From assembly GCA_010405405.1 (NCBI GenBank), contig MU004239.1, forward strand, positions 1,380,722 through 1,444,721: a stretch of 64,000 bases of DNA. The letters are read 5' to 3'. Below are positions 24,568 through 38,937 of the stretch, one piece after another. Made by a program: the position numbers and the translations under genes. Position 1 is the stretch's first letter, and each line of letters begins with the position of its first letter. Below the pieces are notes generated by a model. The model ran no database searches. It saw only the letters and a list, made by a program, of their open reading frames with translations, and had not been told where the DNA came from. The DNA is from Microthyrium microscopicum (Eukaryota).

Positions 24568-25052
24568 CGTGGGGTTTGTTTAGTGTTAAATGCTCAGTGG
24601 AGGGTGGATGAGTTGGAAATGAGGCTGATGGATGGTACTGATGGCACTGTTGGTACCGATGGAGCGGAGTGAAGGCGCATGGGCAGTGGTTATATGCGAG
24701 CGAAGAGGTCTGGTAGCGATGGATAAGTTACGACGGAGAATGTTTGTAGACCATAGCAGTGAGAGGGTTTAAGAGCAAGAGTGGTGGTTGTTGGAAGTGG
24801 AGGAATTGGGAGAAGCCAGGCTGGCAGATGTCTAGATCGATCTGATATTGACCAGGGTACGAGCTTTCCCCACTGCCAAACACAATTCTGCATCCTGCCA
24901 GTAGCCAAACAGTGTGAAACACTACTTTCAGTAGTCCGGAATAATGTTTTAATCATAAAATATACAATTCAGCACTCGTGGGAAAATGTACCTATGAGCG
25001 CAAACAGTAGCCCTAGACCTAGCATTCAAGCGCCACAGCTGGGATCAGATTG

Positions 25053-25058
25053 ACGCGT
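25053..25058. promoter_or_regulatory. MCB-like element upstream of the CenH3 gene
   Basis: ACGCGT about 260 nt upstream of the CSE4 ATG, with a second CGCG core (GCGCGA) nearby. A single hexamer is weak evidence. Confidence 0.35.
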
Positions 25059-25314
25059 CGGATTGGGAAAGCGCGACAAAGAAACACCAGCCACCCCGCA
25101 ACTTCCTTCCTTGGACGTCCATAACCAACATCTCCATCTCGACTTCTCCAGTATAAACAACGCCTTCAACCCCCCGAGAACACCTTCCTACCAAACATAT
25201 ATATCCAGCGAACAGATCCCACCCACCAATACACCGCAATCCCGCCTTGATCTACCATTTTTGGTCTCCCTCTTCAAACCGCAACACCAAGCCCCATAAA
25301 CAAGCAACCTTTCA

Positions 25315-25919
25315 ATGGCCCGCCAATCCTTCGGCGGAGGCAAACAACCCGCCGGCCGTGGACGAGGCGGCGGAACCCGAGGAGGTAAAACAACAGCCGG
25401 TCGAACATCAACCGGCTCCAACGCGCGCGCGCGAACCCAAGCACGACGTATGTCTTCCCATCCTCAATGATACACAGAGGCCGAGTACTAACAGACCACC
25501 ATAGCCGGCGATCCCATCCCCCGCGGAAACCAAACCAAGAAACCACAACGCTACAAGCCCGGCACAGTAGCATTACGTGAAATAAGACGATATCAAAAAA
25601 GCACAGACCTCCTCATCGCAAAACTACCTTTTGCGCGCCTGGTAAGATCTTGAACCACCCCCACTTACTCCAGTGGAAATAGTAGCTGACTGCGTTATTA
25701 TAGATCAAAGAAATCTCCCACGACGACAGCATAACCCGCCCCGGCACAACCCTCCGCTGGCAAAGCCAAGCAATCCAAGCCCTCCAAGAAGCCGCCGAAG
25801 CATATCTCGTTGCATTATTCGAAGATACGAATCTATGTGCAATACATGCGAAGCGTGTGACGATTATGCAGAGGGATATTCAGTTGGCTAGAAGGTTACG
25901 GGGTGGGTTTAATGTATGA
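25315..25919 (+). CDS. CSE4: Centromeric histone H3 variant (CENP-A), 3 exons (25315-25447, 25505-25641, 25704-25919)
   Basis: Histone fold [23 protein letters not shown]...HAKRVTIM. Non-H3 RG-rich tail, LPFARL in place of LPFQRL, RWQS in place of RFQS, and a longer loop 1 are CenH3 hallmarks. Not captured by the ORF track. Confidence 0.93.
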
Positions 25920-26383
25920 CCTTGGTTCTTCTTGGGCAGGGGAAGTTTATTTTGCATTGGTTCTGCATGGGATTTTTGGCATGGGCGTTTGTGTATGGTT
26001 ATGGAATGGCAAAGGCGTTTTTGGGGGGATGGGGAATTGGTATGTAGCGATTTGTGTTTTACGGTTGGTTATGGATGGGTTAGGGGTACGGATTAGATAC
26101 CCTTGCGAGTTTTGATGCCGCGAGAAAGCGGTTAAGCTGGATTGTGGCTTGCTTAATATGTATTCTAGGTACACCTACGCGTTCTAGCAATTGAAGCGGC
26201 TCTTCATCAGAATTGTAGAATAAATAAAGTCAATAGTCTCGATGCTATAAGAACATCCATCTCTCTACTCTGTGATCTAAGCATTCTACCTCTTATGCAA
26301 ACAACAAATGTTCCCGAGATAAAGCTCTTATATCTAACATTCAAGCAACCCAATACGCCTTGCTAACAATAAATCTACCACCC

Positions 26384-28252
26384 TTACAACTCCTTCTTCT
26401 CAACCTCCTTCTTCGCCTCACTCTCCACCGCCTTTGAAACCTCCGAGCCCATCTTCGCCAAGCGCTCCTGCACCAACGCCTTGACATTCGGCACCTGCAA
26501 CCCCAACGCCTTCCGTCTTTCAATCTCACTCCTCACCTCGTCCACAAGTTCCTGCAACTCCGCTTCCGCGTCAACAGGCACGCCGAACATGACATCATGT
26601 GCGCCACTAGCATCGCTGCGTGTGCGTGCAATACCGGGTCGCTCCATGCGTGCTTTACTCTTTGAGCTCAGGATTCCGCGCACGGGGGACGCAAAGACTG
26701 CCATGCCAGCGAGCGTGCCGATGATGGCGTAGTAGTAGACGCGGCCCCAGACTTCAAGGGAGTTTGAAGTGCGGAGGAGGACGAAGGGGGCGACGACGAA
26801 GCTGAAGGTTACTTGGGTGAGGAGCCAGGTGAAGATGTCGTAGTAGCGTTTTCGCGGCAGAGGGGTTTGGTCGCCTGATGTTGAGAGGAAGAAGGGGCGG
26901 ATGTAGCGGCGGCCATCTGGAGAAAATTAGTATAAGACGGGAAAGAAGAGATATGGGGAAGACATACTTTTGGCTACATTCTGGACAAATGAGGCTAGCA
27001 CAAATGTCATGTAGTAACCGGGATAAAAGCCATGCCACATCGCGCTGGTGACGAAGGTAGCCATGGTAGCGCGAAATCCTGGCTTTCTACCCTTAGGAGT
27101 TACGCGCAGGAATATATAGTTGCGTAGCCAATTGTTCGTGTTGATATTCCAGGCGCCTATGTACGCGCGAGTGTTCTGTGCGGTTTCGATTTCTAGTGGT
27201 TTGACGTTTACTACGCGATCCCAGTTGGCATGGCCAGTCTTGACGTTGAAGCCAGAGTAGCCTATGCCGGAAAGAATGCAAGCGCCTTCGGTCAAGGCCC
27301 AGACGCCATAGTACTTGGTACGTGCTGCAAAGCCAAAGAGATGCAGATTCCATACTCGGCGGATGAAAGGATAGGTCAGAAATTCGTCAGACAGGAGAAG
27401 ATCTGTGGTGTATATAGGGGACATTTGCAGATATAGCAAGATCCAAAAAAGTCCGACTGCCATCTTGATCATAGCAGGAGTTCCACTGCGAGGGATGCGG
27501 CGTTGTTTTCTCCGTGGTGGAGCTTTGGCTGGATCGACACCAGGAGGCAAGTCGAACATTGCTGTCGAAATATACTTTGTGTATTCCACATAGTCAAATG
27601 CTGGGCCAGCCATGAGTGAGGGAAAGAAGAAGACGTATCCAAAGAAATCTAGCAAATCCGGCATAGCTTTGATGGCGCGTTCTTTCTGAAAGTCACTCAA
27701 ATCTTCATCTTTCAGGCGTCCATCATGTACATTCCAGCAGAATGATGTGAGCTTCATGACGAGGACCATTTGAGCACCTGTGATATCGACACCATTGGGA
27801 TCATTCTTGATCTGCCTGTAAATGTGGCTAATACTCATATGGCCCATCAGAGCAATGAAAGCTACCCATGGCATCAACGGATCCCGCATACTCGCAGCAA
27901 TGCCATAAGCAACAGCGCTGCTGAGAACGATGGTATAGAGACCAGTCCATAGATCAAAGAGGCCGACGAGGTAAAAGACGCCAACGGAAATGATAAAGAT
28001 GTTCTTTTGCCATGGCTTCGAATCTGGAATGCGTTTGAGCAAACCAGATAGTGGATATGAGGCTATGAATAGGGAGAGGAGCTTGACTGGTTTATGGTGA
28101 GCACTCCGAGGTTAGGGAAAGTAGGACAGGTGGCGTACGTTCGTCAGAAGAAGCGCCAATTAAAGACGCAGCCCATTTATATGCTATCTGAATTAGCCAA
28201 AAGTAGAGGAGACGAGTTTCAGAAACGTACGAGTGTCTATATACGGCAACAT
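26384..28252 (-). CDS. ALE1: MBOAT lysophospholipid acyltransferase, 4 exons (28252-28231, 28183-28139, 28086-26968, 26916-26384)
   Basis: DITGAQMVLVMKL, WNVHDG, WNINTNNWLRNYIFLR, SAMWHGFYPGYY (catalytic His). C-terminus ends KKEL. Confidence 0.93.
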
Positions 28253-28949
28253 AGCTATAACGATGTGGAATAAGTGGGTTTGTGGAGCTGTGGAGCTAGA
28301 TGGCTTTCTCGACGTAAGGTTGGCTGAAGCTTGTGGCTGGGAGGTAGAGCTTTGAATGGTGGTCAAGTATAAGCCATACTTGAGAGGAGCGAAGTCTGAA
28401 TGAAAAAGAAGTAATAGAAGAGTGCCGACAAGTTACCACGAGGCTTGATATCAAGGAATATGGCAAGAAGTTGGAGTTGAAGTTTCTTGCGTCGATTAAT
28501 GGCAAGAGCAGCTAGAGGACCAACAAAAAGAAGAAGGAAACCCACGAGGATTGGCTGACTAGGGTGCATGTGACGTGCCTCCCTAGCATTGCCCCCGTCT
28601 TTCAGTGCAGCCCCGGTTAGCTCCCATAACACTCGCTAACTCCCAAATCATTCGATGGCTCCGGTAACAACTGATATTTCTCCATAAGCATAACTCCTAA
28701 CTCCTCAGCATAAACGCTACGACGTAAGTCTGGCCTCAAATCAAATACACAAACTCGCTCGCTATTTTTTTTTTGGAAAAGAATCAGAAACATGCATATT
28801 GACGTCTAAACAGTACGATGCAGCTATACAACCGTGGGTATCTAATCGTACATAAACTCTCCTCTTCACTGAATTTTTCTTTCCCGTATGCTACATCAGA
28901 TGGTCATTGTCGTAAAGCATCATCTCCCGCACTCCATTACACTACTCCT

Positions 28950-31900
28950 TCACCGCCGTCTCGGCCCAGGAGCTCCCTGTTGTTTCTGCTGCATCTCATA
29001 CTCCCACCGTTCTCGCTCTCGCTGCTCTTGTGCGCGCAAGTCTTGCGCCTGCTGAGTAAGAGTTCTGTCGTATCGCTGAGGCTCCATACCCCGTTCCATG
29101 ACTCGCGGTTCGTAGCCACTACCACCCCCAAGAGGCGTATGAGCCGTTCGTGGCGGCGGAACCGCGTAGCGGTGATCCTGCATCGGCTGTGGCGATGATT
29201 GTCCAGGACCACCATGTTGCTGATACATGTGCTGTTGTTGCTGTTGCTGGTGTTGTTGCTGGTGTTGTTGCTGGTGTTGTTGCTGGCTCGGAGGCACTTG
29301 TGCATCGCGAGAATCGCGAGGCTGCACTTCGTACTCACGACGATATTCCATGGCTCGTGGTTGATATTCTCTTCGTGTATCTCGCGGGTCCATTGCAGGT
29401 GTTGCCATCTGCGTATTATCGCCGAATGGACTCGAGTACGATGGCCTATTGCCATGAATCTGTTGTGACAGTGAAGTGCCACGAGGAGGTGGAGGAGGAG
29501 GTCCAGAGGCATGTGTGGGAGCGTAATTTCGGGGGCCATTAGGATAGGCTTCGTTAATTATCGGGCCGCCAGGGCCAGGACCTGGAGCTCCCGGAGTTTG
29601 TTGCGTGTATGACGATGTGCGGCTGTGGCCATAACTCGGCGGCGGTGATGGTACTCCTCTTGCTGGCTGATTCAAGGCGCCAAATGCCAATGACCTATAA
29701 GATCTTGAATCGGAAGATGGCCCTTGACTCAGTGGTTGAGCTTGTCGTAGATGAGGAGAGTCCATGTGCCCAGAAATGCCTGTTTGGAGCGGAAATTGTT
29801 GCCGTCCTGGCCAGATATCTCGAGGTCCGGCTGAAGAAGGAGAGTCATTGACTGGCGTAGAAATCTGAGAGCCAGAATAGGATGCATGGCCTAGGCGACT
29901 GCCCTCACGATACGGATCCTGTCCACCGTAAGGTTCAATCGTTTGATGTTGCATTTGCTGAGCAGGCTGTATACCCTGTGGCACTGGATGTAACGCAACC
30001 GGTTGCCTTTCGGGTTCCTTTTTCTTTGGCTTCTCTTCCTCTGCTGGTTCTGGATTCAACATAGACATGATATTAAGCCTTCTACTTGGAGGAGCAGACG
30101 GAGCAGCGGGAGCTGAAGAAATAGATGCAGGCCGTGATGCAATAGATGCAGGTGGCGCAACCGGCACCGACGCTTGGTGATGGACAGGTCTAGAGGTGTA
30201 TCCATCTCGCACTGCAGGTGGCATTGGTTGCAGTGGTCGACTTAATGGCTCAGTATTGCCAGCCTGTATAGGAGCGCCGGCTCGATCCACGAGATATCTC
30301 GATTGAGATGCTGTTGAGACTCCGAGGGTGCCGTGCATGTGGCTGACTGGAGCATCTGGAACATAAGGTCGGATGTTTGGTCCGAGATTTTGAGCGCCTT
30401 GGTGTTGCATTAATCCCATAGGCATCCTCTCTTGATCTCGAAGCATCGAGTGTTGAGGTGGCTCCGGAGCATTTTGCGCGACACTTTGCATTGCAGCTTG
30501 TAGCGCGGTGGGCCTGTTTTCTGTGGTTTGCTTTGCTAGAGTTGGACGAATCTGAGGCTCATGCTCCGTCTTAATGCGCCCCGATGACTTGATATGTCTT
30601 GCATCTTGCATCGGTTGCATGGTTGGCGATATATGGCTAAGCATCTGTGGTTGAGGATTGGATTTGACTGGAGAGAGCTCAGAGAAGTAGGGCATCCTTT
30701 GCTGCTTTGGTTGCATATTTGGAGCCGAAACTCCTGGTCTCCCAAAGCTAAGCGGCGACGATGTGTTTTGTAGTTGAGGCATCATTCCCATCCTCCCGTG
30801 ATCCTGAGCAAAAGCGTGTGGTGAACCATGTAAAGGCCCTCCTGATGGAGGACTGTCATTGTCCATCATTTCGGCTTGCTGGATTATCGCTCTTGATGGA
30901 GTGCCAAGCAGATCTTGTCGGAGAATAGAAGGCATTTCTCCCAGTTGTTCTCCTCGGTTTCTTCGAGCATCAATTAGTGTAGCCATCTCGACAATATCAC
31001 TGTTCTTGGGATCCGTGCGAAACTTGTGGTAATGATTCTTGATCTATCAATCAATTAGCAGTTGTATGTCATTGGTTTTGAATCTCATTAAAAACAAACC
31101 ATTACGGGAGTTTTCTTCCCCATGTGAACCGCAATATTGTTCCAGTCACCCCCATAGTACTTCAAACATTCCTTGAATTGATTTTCCTCTGCTACAGACC
31201 AGTAGCTAGACGGTCCTCGCTGAGACTGACTCAATGATCTCGCCCTCTCAATCGATGGCGCCAACACATTCATAGGAACGGAAGCTGGAGGCATTGTCGA
31301 CAAATTCGGCATCGGAGTAGCGAGCTCGGGATTATTTTGAATTACTGGAATATGCGGATCAGTATAAATCTCCTGGTGAGGTATCAGGTTGGACAAGATG
31401 GACTCCGAGAACATGTGTTGTGGGGGCTGTTGCACTGGAGGATGTTGTTGTTGCAAAGGCTCCTCTGGCAAAGATACCTGGGTCTTATCCTTCTTGTCCT
31501 TGGCTCCTTTCTGAGGCGAAGGTACTACCTTTGCAGCAAGCATTTGCGCGCGAGGTTTCCGGCCGGGCTTGTCCTTTGCAGGCTTTCTACCACGAGTTGA
31601 CTTCTCTTCTCCTCCAGCTGAATCGGTTTTGCCATTGGAAGCCTTCTTATTGGCAGGGCCTTCCGTATCGTTATCGTCCGTCTTGGATTTCTCATTTTTG
31701 CTAAATGTTGGAGCTGCAGCTCGACGAGGTCTTCCGGTTTCTGTAAGCCCAATTATGGTATCTTGGTTGGTCAAATCAACGTCGAGTCTTCTAGCAGCAC
31801 CCTTTTTGTTCTTCTTGCGCTTGTTCTTACCGCGCTTGTAAGGATAATCCCATTTAGTGGCATAGTAGTGATTGATGCACTCCTTGGTAGACCGTCCAAC

Positions 31901-34900
31901 CGCGTCGGCAATCTTGTGCCACATCTTGGTGCCCAAGTCGTACTCATCCCGTAGCGCTCGGTCCTCCTTCTCCGTGAAAGTATCCTCTGGAGGAGCGTAT
32001 TCAAAAACACGAAGGGTTTCCTCCACATGGCGCAGCAAAGTGGTGTCCTTGTAGATACGTAGCGACATCTCTTCCGCAGTAAGAATTGTTGGCACGTTGG
32101 CCTCATGTTCGGAATGGGCCTGAGCGGTCTTGGCATCCTTCTCTGCTTTCGCCCGGCGTTCTTCCTCTTCTCGCTTGGATTCTTCAAGCACTCGCTGAAG
32201 ATCTAAAGCACTAGTAAATAAATGCTGCCGCCTGCGTTCGGAATTTGGAGTGGCTAGTGGAAGAGGGGGAGGTTCAACAAGGGGCTCGGGGATCTCTATC
32301 ACCATTTTACTCCTCTGTGTTGCCATCGTCTCTTCCAATTTGATCTTATCCAAGCCGTCAGTGACTTTCTTCCAGTCTCGGTATAGTACTGCGAATCTGC
32401 CTCGGAGTTCATCTTGGTATATCTGATCTTTCTGATCCATTTCCTGGAAAGTATCAACTAGAAGACTTGAAACTCCATCGTCCTCTTCGTCAACAGCATT
32501 ATCAAGGTCGGACACGGGAGTTAGAGGGCGTTTAATCATGTACGGCAACAAGGTGAGGTCGGGCGAAGGTTGCAAAGACTTTTCTGGCGTTTGTCGAGTT
32601 GGCGCAGGCGCAGGCTCAGAGATATCAGTGCCTTGCATATCTTGATCTTCCGTTTCCGTAGTAGCGACTGGTGTGTCTGCCTCTCTTGGTGGTGACGGTT
32701 CGAGAATTGGCATAGGTATCTCTTCACGAGGTGGAGGTGATCGTGGAAGAGGAAGCTCGGGAATAATTCCCACAACTCCGTTAAGTCTATCAAATTCCAG
32801 AATGGTAGGTGCGACACGAGCACGCCAATGACCCGCAATGTCGATGTTCTCAGATTCAAGTGCAGCTTTCTTAGCATTGAAACGAGCAGTCTGTTCTTGC
32901 AAATCTTCTTCAGTTATACCCTCGTCGTCGTCTTCCTCATCAGTATCAAACCCAAATTGTGTGGATTCCGAGGGTGGTGCTCCCGGAGCATCTACCATTT
33001 GTAAATCCTCGTTGGAAGCTTTGCGGGGAATGAGTGATTCGGTGTGCCCAGGCAACCTTTGTAGACCTCGATAAGATGCCATGGGTCCACTAGGAAAGGA
33101 CGACAAAGGTCCCATAGGAGGATAAAAGTCCATGTCATTGACCATTGGGACGCGGGGTTGTGAATTGCCAAACCTTTCGGGAGCGGGAGTGCGCTCCTTT
33201 TCGTCACCATTAATATCGCGTTTAGCCGGAATGGTTTGAAGAGCCCCACCACCCCTAAGCGGAGGAGCCGGATTGTTGATTCCTGGAGCTATCCATTGCA
33301 AACTCGTGGTTCTAGGAGGCTTTCTAAGAGCCTTGGGTCCAGTTGGAACATTACTCGGAAGGCCATTATTATTAACAACAGCATTTCCTCTAGGTCCAAG
33401 AGGAACCGCATTTGGCGGCTGCGAGGGAGATACCTCACGGCCCAAAGGTCCTGCCGATGATGCGCGAGGAAATGCAGAACTTGCACTTCCTCTTGGACCC
33501 ATAGGCCCTGTTGGAGGTGCCAAGCGTTGTTGTATTACCGGACTACCAACTGGGATTCTTCTAGGGGTGACATCCTGACCAGATACATCTTGTCGAGGTG
33601 TTGCGGGTGGAGCGGCGGAAAAAGCACGAGGCGAGATATTTTCCTTTCGCTTTTGTTCACCAAAGGGCTGATTCTCTCTAGTTGCAGAGAATGTACGAGG
33701 TGGGACGTTTTCTGCTCGCTTCTGTTCCCCAAATGGCTGGTTGTCTCTAGCTGCCGGAGCTGTACCTCGCTCTGCCATACGATCAGCCTTGGGCGCAGTG
33801 GGTGGATTGATGACCTCGATTTGTGGCTTCGATGGTGCATTATGCGCTTCAAGTTGTGCCCTTGGAGCCAAAGGCGGCGCTTTGGGTATGTTTATAGGTA
33901 CAGCGGAGATGGCAGTGATTCCCCCTGGTGCTGGCACACTGGATACTGGTAGAGTGATTGGCGCCTCCGATACCACGGGAGGCTTAGTCGTGGTTGTGAG
34001 CGGAGAGGGAAGAGTTGAAAACGTAGGTTGATCCTTGGGGGAAACAACGGCTGAGGAGATTTTGGGTCGTTCAACATGCGTGGGATTCTCCGGGGACTCC
34101 TTAGCACTAATTGGAGTCTTTGGAGTCGAGGCACTCGGCGTGACTGGCGTCTTAATGGGAGCGGCAGGTATACTCAATGGAATACTTCCAAATTGCGGCA
34201 CGGCAACGGAAGAGTGAGTTTCGGGCTCAGTCGGACGAGCCGAATTCCGCTCCCGAGTAGCATCCACGCGAGAAATACTTGTATCAATTCGTTCAGGCTC
34301 TCGACGACCTACAGGGGGTAGCCCATCATTTATTGTAGAATGCCTTCGGATTGGCTCTGGTTCGCGTTTGCTGTCTGGGCTGGTCCTTCGGTAGGGACTA
34401 ACTTGTCGCGATCTCTCAGCCACAGATATGCCCAGCGGTGTCTCTCCCGGTCTTGCGTCTGATAATCGTGTATCAGACCGTGGTAAGGGATCCCTTCGGA
34501 CAAAGTCACGCTCATCACGATGTCTCCGATCATGCCAGTCGTCATCGCGCCCGCGGAAGTCCTCACGTCTGTCATCTCGGACGCGGTAGTCGCGGCGGTA
34601 GTCCTCTCGTGAGTCCACAGAACGGTCTCGTTCATGGCGGCGGGGTGATCTGCTCCGGGCTCGAAACGTCTCTCGCTCGCGATCTTCCGGTCCATATCTT
34701 CGAGGTCCAGACCATTCGGCCGGGCGCCCACCACGACCGCGAAATCCATAGGATGATCCACGGAACGGTGGGTTTGGATATCGGGCAGGATCTGATAGGT
34801 TAGACCCCCCACTTGGCGGCCCGTCTCTAGGATGGCGTTGGGCTCTGTCGATGTCTATATCTCGAGCACCATAATCACGCGAGTCTCGTCGATCTCGGAC

Positions 34901-35023
34901 TGGCGAGTGGCCGCGAGGACTTGGTCGACGATCACGTTGAGATTCCCAGCGATCGTGCTCAAAGTTTCGATAGGTACCAGGCCGCGAGTTGTATCTGTTT
35001 GGTTGCGGCTGATATCTGGACAT
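28950..35023 (-). CDS. SNT1: Large SANT/Myb-domain protein, Snt1/N-CoR-like Set3C subunit, 2 exons (35023-31100, 31043-28950)
   Basis: SANT1 (FTEKEDRAL...KMWHKIA...ECINHYYATKW) and SANT2 (SSYWSVAEENQF...YGGDWNNIA...MIKNHY across intron 31044-31099). RD-rich N-terminus, IMSMLNPE motif, Q-rich tail. Confidence 0.85.
29230..29287. repeat. Coding microsatellite (QQQH)n / poly-Q in the SNT1-like gene
   Basis: Three or more copies of ctggtgttgttg. Confidence 0.8.
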
Positions 35024-36087
35024 TTCTCTCAGCCCTCTGCCATCTACTTATTGTTGTAGAGGACGTCGTCAAACTGAGGCGCGTGATCTGTGGCTGTGTG
35101 GTACTAGAAGCTGGTCAAGTGTACCAGGAATGCAGCTTTTTCAGCAAGCACTACTGGCACGCGGGAGCAAGACTGGATTGGAAGCGACAGCGACTCCCAA
35201 TGGACACGATTGTGTCAGTTGCGATCAATTGACCAATTGATGAATGCGCGATTAAGCAGGAACGTCGACGGTCGATAACAGTTGAAGTAGTCAAGTCCCA
35301 AAAGGGCTGAAACGCTAGTCCCGATTTGGCTGGAACGCTAGGACTAGTGTGGCCTAGTCTGACTGCACCACTTGGAGGAACACGAATTTGGCAGGAGCAC
35401 CCTTCAAAACTGTAACGCCCTGAGATGTAGATGTGAGGATTTCCACCACAACGCCAGTGCAACTTGCTCAGGTTAGCTACACTTCATACAAGAGTGAGAA
35501 ACGTGTGCTTGAGCACCCTACCAATGCGAGTCGACGATGTGCTTGCCTCCTGAATCCCGTGACTCCAGATGACCCAAGGTCCAGCTTGAGGGATCCAAGA
35601 GGTTGGCGCTAGACTGATGTATGAAGCCCCCGTATGGGAACCTCAAAGGGAAAAATACGCGTTGATTGAGTAGAGTTTGGTAACAGACCAAATAGGCGTG
35701 TCGAAATGTCAATACAGCTTGAGGTGTCGAGCCGCTGTGAGAGCAAAGATAATCGTGTCTGTAGGATGAAGTTGTTGAAGATTAAGCAGGTACTGGGGTT
35801 GCGGAGGCTCAGAGGCAACAACGGTGTAATGTGGCGTCTAGGCGGGAGCGGCTGATTGCGCGGGTGAAGAGCTTTGGGTTGTATGATGGTGGTGATGTTC
35901 GTCGGCTTAGTTCCAATAAACCAGTTGCCGGTGCCAGAACAATGATGGATGAAGAAATCTGCAAAGTAAAGGAAGATTAGAGAGTGAGAATGTGAAGTGT
36001 TGAGACACGTTCGACAAGCAAGCGTTGAGAGTACAGACCCCCTCGGCTGCTAGCTGGCAATGATCTTTGCACTTCAACACTTGGCGT

Positions 36088-36114
36088 CTGCAAGCACTGC
36101 AAGCACTGCAAGCA
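36088..36114. repeat. 9-bp tandem repeat (CTGCAAGCA)x3
   Basis: Direct reading. Confidence 0.8.
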
Positions 36115-38937
36115 CAACCCTCGAAATGCCTTCCGTCTTCTTTGCAGCAACAAGAATATTACGCCTGGCCAATCAGACCGCGGCATAGCATCCTTGAAAA
36201 TACAGGGGACCAAAGGGCACTGGAGAAAGACCGGGGATGGAAGCACTAACCAAATATGCCTAGTCGCTTGAGTAGTTTAATATAGTGGAGGGGTTGTCTT
36301 TCGTGATTTGATGGCCATAACCCGTTGGAATAATGTCCTGATCTGTGAGAATGCATTGTCACCGTTAACTGACAGTGGCGATACCTCAACCGCGACTTCG
36401 ATATGGTTAGGGTTATCGGTATAGTTTGCTGCAATTTGCTTTGTGCCTGTCGAAGGTGGTACGTATCCGATCCTCGTTGACACTGTCGACGTTGGTGTGC
36501 GTAGCCAAGAAGTGGTAATGAAGACCTTGTAACGACTTCGAATAGAAAAGGACACAGATAACGCGGAATTTAATATAAAGTTCTGTGCGCCACGCAAGGT
36601 ACCTGAATGCAAGAAGGCCTACCAAAAATGGCCAGAAAATGGCTATTCGGTGAGCCAGTATATTCATCACTTCTTTAACGAGATTTAGAGCATCTTGATT
36701 TGGGCGTCGAACAAGCAATGAGCGATTGCAGCCCTGGAATTCTGAGAGTGGCCGACAAGCCATGTCGTTGCAGGATAAGCGATCCATTTTGCTGTCCACA
36801 AAGATCTGCATCTCGATTCTTATCTCCTACTGGAAAGGTGAAATATTCGGACTTTTCAGAACAGACAGTGGTGGGAATGTTGGGCCTGTCCACAAAACCC
36901 AGTACTTAAGTGTCATCGAACGAAATCCGGTACCATTCTCATGGAGTACCGTTCTTGACAAGTCAAAAGTCAATATGAATTGGTGGTTGAGTATCGGTAC
37001 GATACAATGCCGACTCCAAGGGTCTGGCCCACTAGGTCCCAAAACGTGGATGCGGTGGTGGCGCTCAGACGGGTAAGGTAGATTCGTTCGAGGGGGTCGC
37101 GCAGATGCGGTTCAGGGCCGGGTATGAACGATGATGGATTGGACAGCTTCCCTGTAAAACACTTCATCAGCTTTTGGGTTTTCATGACCAGGATTCGCAT
37201 GGTAACAGACGGCACTGGCCACTGTCATTGCGGTGCGACCTCTAAAACACCGTTCTATCTTTGTTTGCCCGCAGGTCTGCGCTGCGTGTCTGTGCAGGAC
37301 ATGGATTGCCGTTTCACAGCCCAGCAATTAGCAGATTCAAGATAGAGTGTTCGTGAAGGTGTGCCTGGCGTCATGATGCTGATCTGCGTGCTGTTCTATA
37401 TCCAATAGATATTGGGTGTTGGACTCGTCATTTGCTTCCCCATTTTTGAGTGATGGTAGAGCAGTCGCAGTCTGCTGTGAGCTGATGGAATTAAACTTCT
37501 GCTCTTTGTCACAGTGTCGCGACTCGCAGGGACGCAGGCGCGAACCTGCAATAGTTAGCTACATTACGGAGGCATCGGGTACGCACAGTCTGAGACTTGG
37601 CATTTATAGGCTCCCCACAGCCTACAGGTGTGTAGGTAGTCTGAAAATGAGAAACTGGGCGATCGTGTCATGACGCCGACGTAAATGTCCAGAGGATGCA
37701 TGGGTGATGGGTTGAAATGGGTGTTGCGCGGAGCTTATATACCTAATAATCATATACAAGCAATCGGGAAGCCCAAGACTTCACAACTACGGTTCATATC
37801 TCAAGCTAAATTTCTCTCAACTATGGTACTACGATTGAATACAGCTGTACTCATGATCAGAGCTGGTTGACTAGATCTAAGCGTACGAAGTAGACATCGT
37901 CAAATGAAGAATCCCTGTCAGTTCGGCCCGAAAACCACAACCCGTCGGGACGGGGCAAAGTGCGTACCTTTATTTGCTTTCGCCTTTCAATTTCTTCCAA
38001 AATCATGCAACTTCTGCAATTATCCACCTTCCTTGTGCTCCCATGAGGTTCAGATCTTCTGGAGGGATTCATCTTTAGTATTCTACTGGATTTGTCTTCC
38101 GGGATAGGCGCATCTCTAGTCCTTTGGACTAGATGAAAATGTCGTTGCGAAGACCAATGCTTCCTCATAGTTCGTGTGCTTTGGGTTTTATATCCACCTA
38201 TAAAGAGCATGACTCCTTGCGAATCTACATTCATCTTCAATCTCTATACTCTATCATTGAATCGAACATGGGCAATAGATCGGAGGGGTGGTGGTTCCCC
38301 GCTTCAAGTTGAGACAAGGACAGACTGCCCCAACTACCGCAGGTTTTCTCACGCTTGAAACGTGAAACGAAATGCAATGTTCGCCATCTCTAAACATATG
38401 GCATAGTAGCGTGGATACTCGTCGATTCGCTCTGCAGACACGATAGGTCATGAAACATCAGACAAGTCGCTTTGATATGGTCTATGCAACTACGACGTCT
38501 TCAATTTTTCTCGTAGGAAATGAGTTTATACTACGAGCACATGAAGTAGGATGAAGGTTTATCGCTAGCGGCCGCTAGTAACTTTCTCAACATCGGAAGG
38601 AAGGAGCGGAAGAATTTGAGAGTTGGTACCGCAAATGGCAGGTACGACACCTACGCTCGTTGAAGCGCTGCCATATGAAGAGTTCCAAGCCACAAAGTCA
38701 ATGAACACTCTTCTCTTCAAACGCAACACAACAGGAACAACCTATCGATTATATCAAAGGTATAAGCAATATCATTGTACAAGAGATGACGTTGGCCATC
38801 GTAGTAAATAGGAATCTGATAGGGAACTAACACAAAGGATATCAAGTTCAGGATCACTCCCCCACAACGCCATTCCGCACAATCTCAATTTAGGTACAAC
38901 CAAACGCTCCCAAGGCTCCCTCGCCATATTACTCAAC

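Noticed and set aside
12159..28252. Functional ER/lipid gene cluster (promethin, SPC1, derlin, ALE1)
   Set aside because: Interleaved with unrelated genes and no shared motif seen. Ordinary housekeeping neighbourhood.
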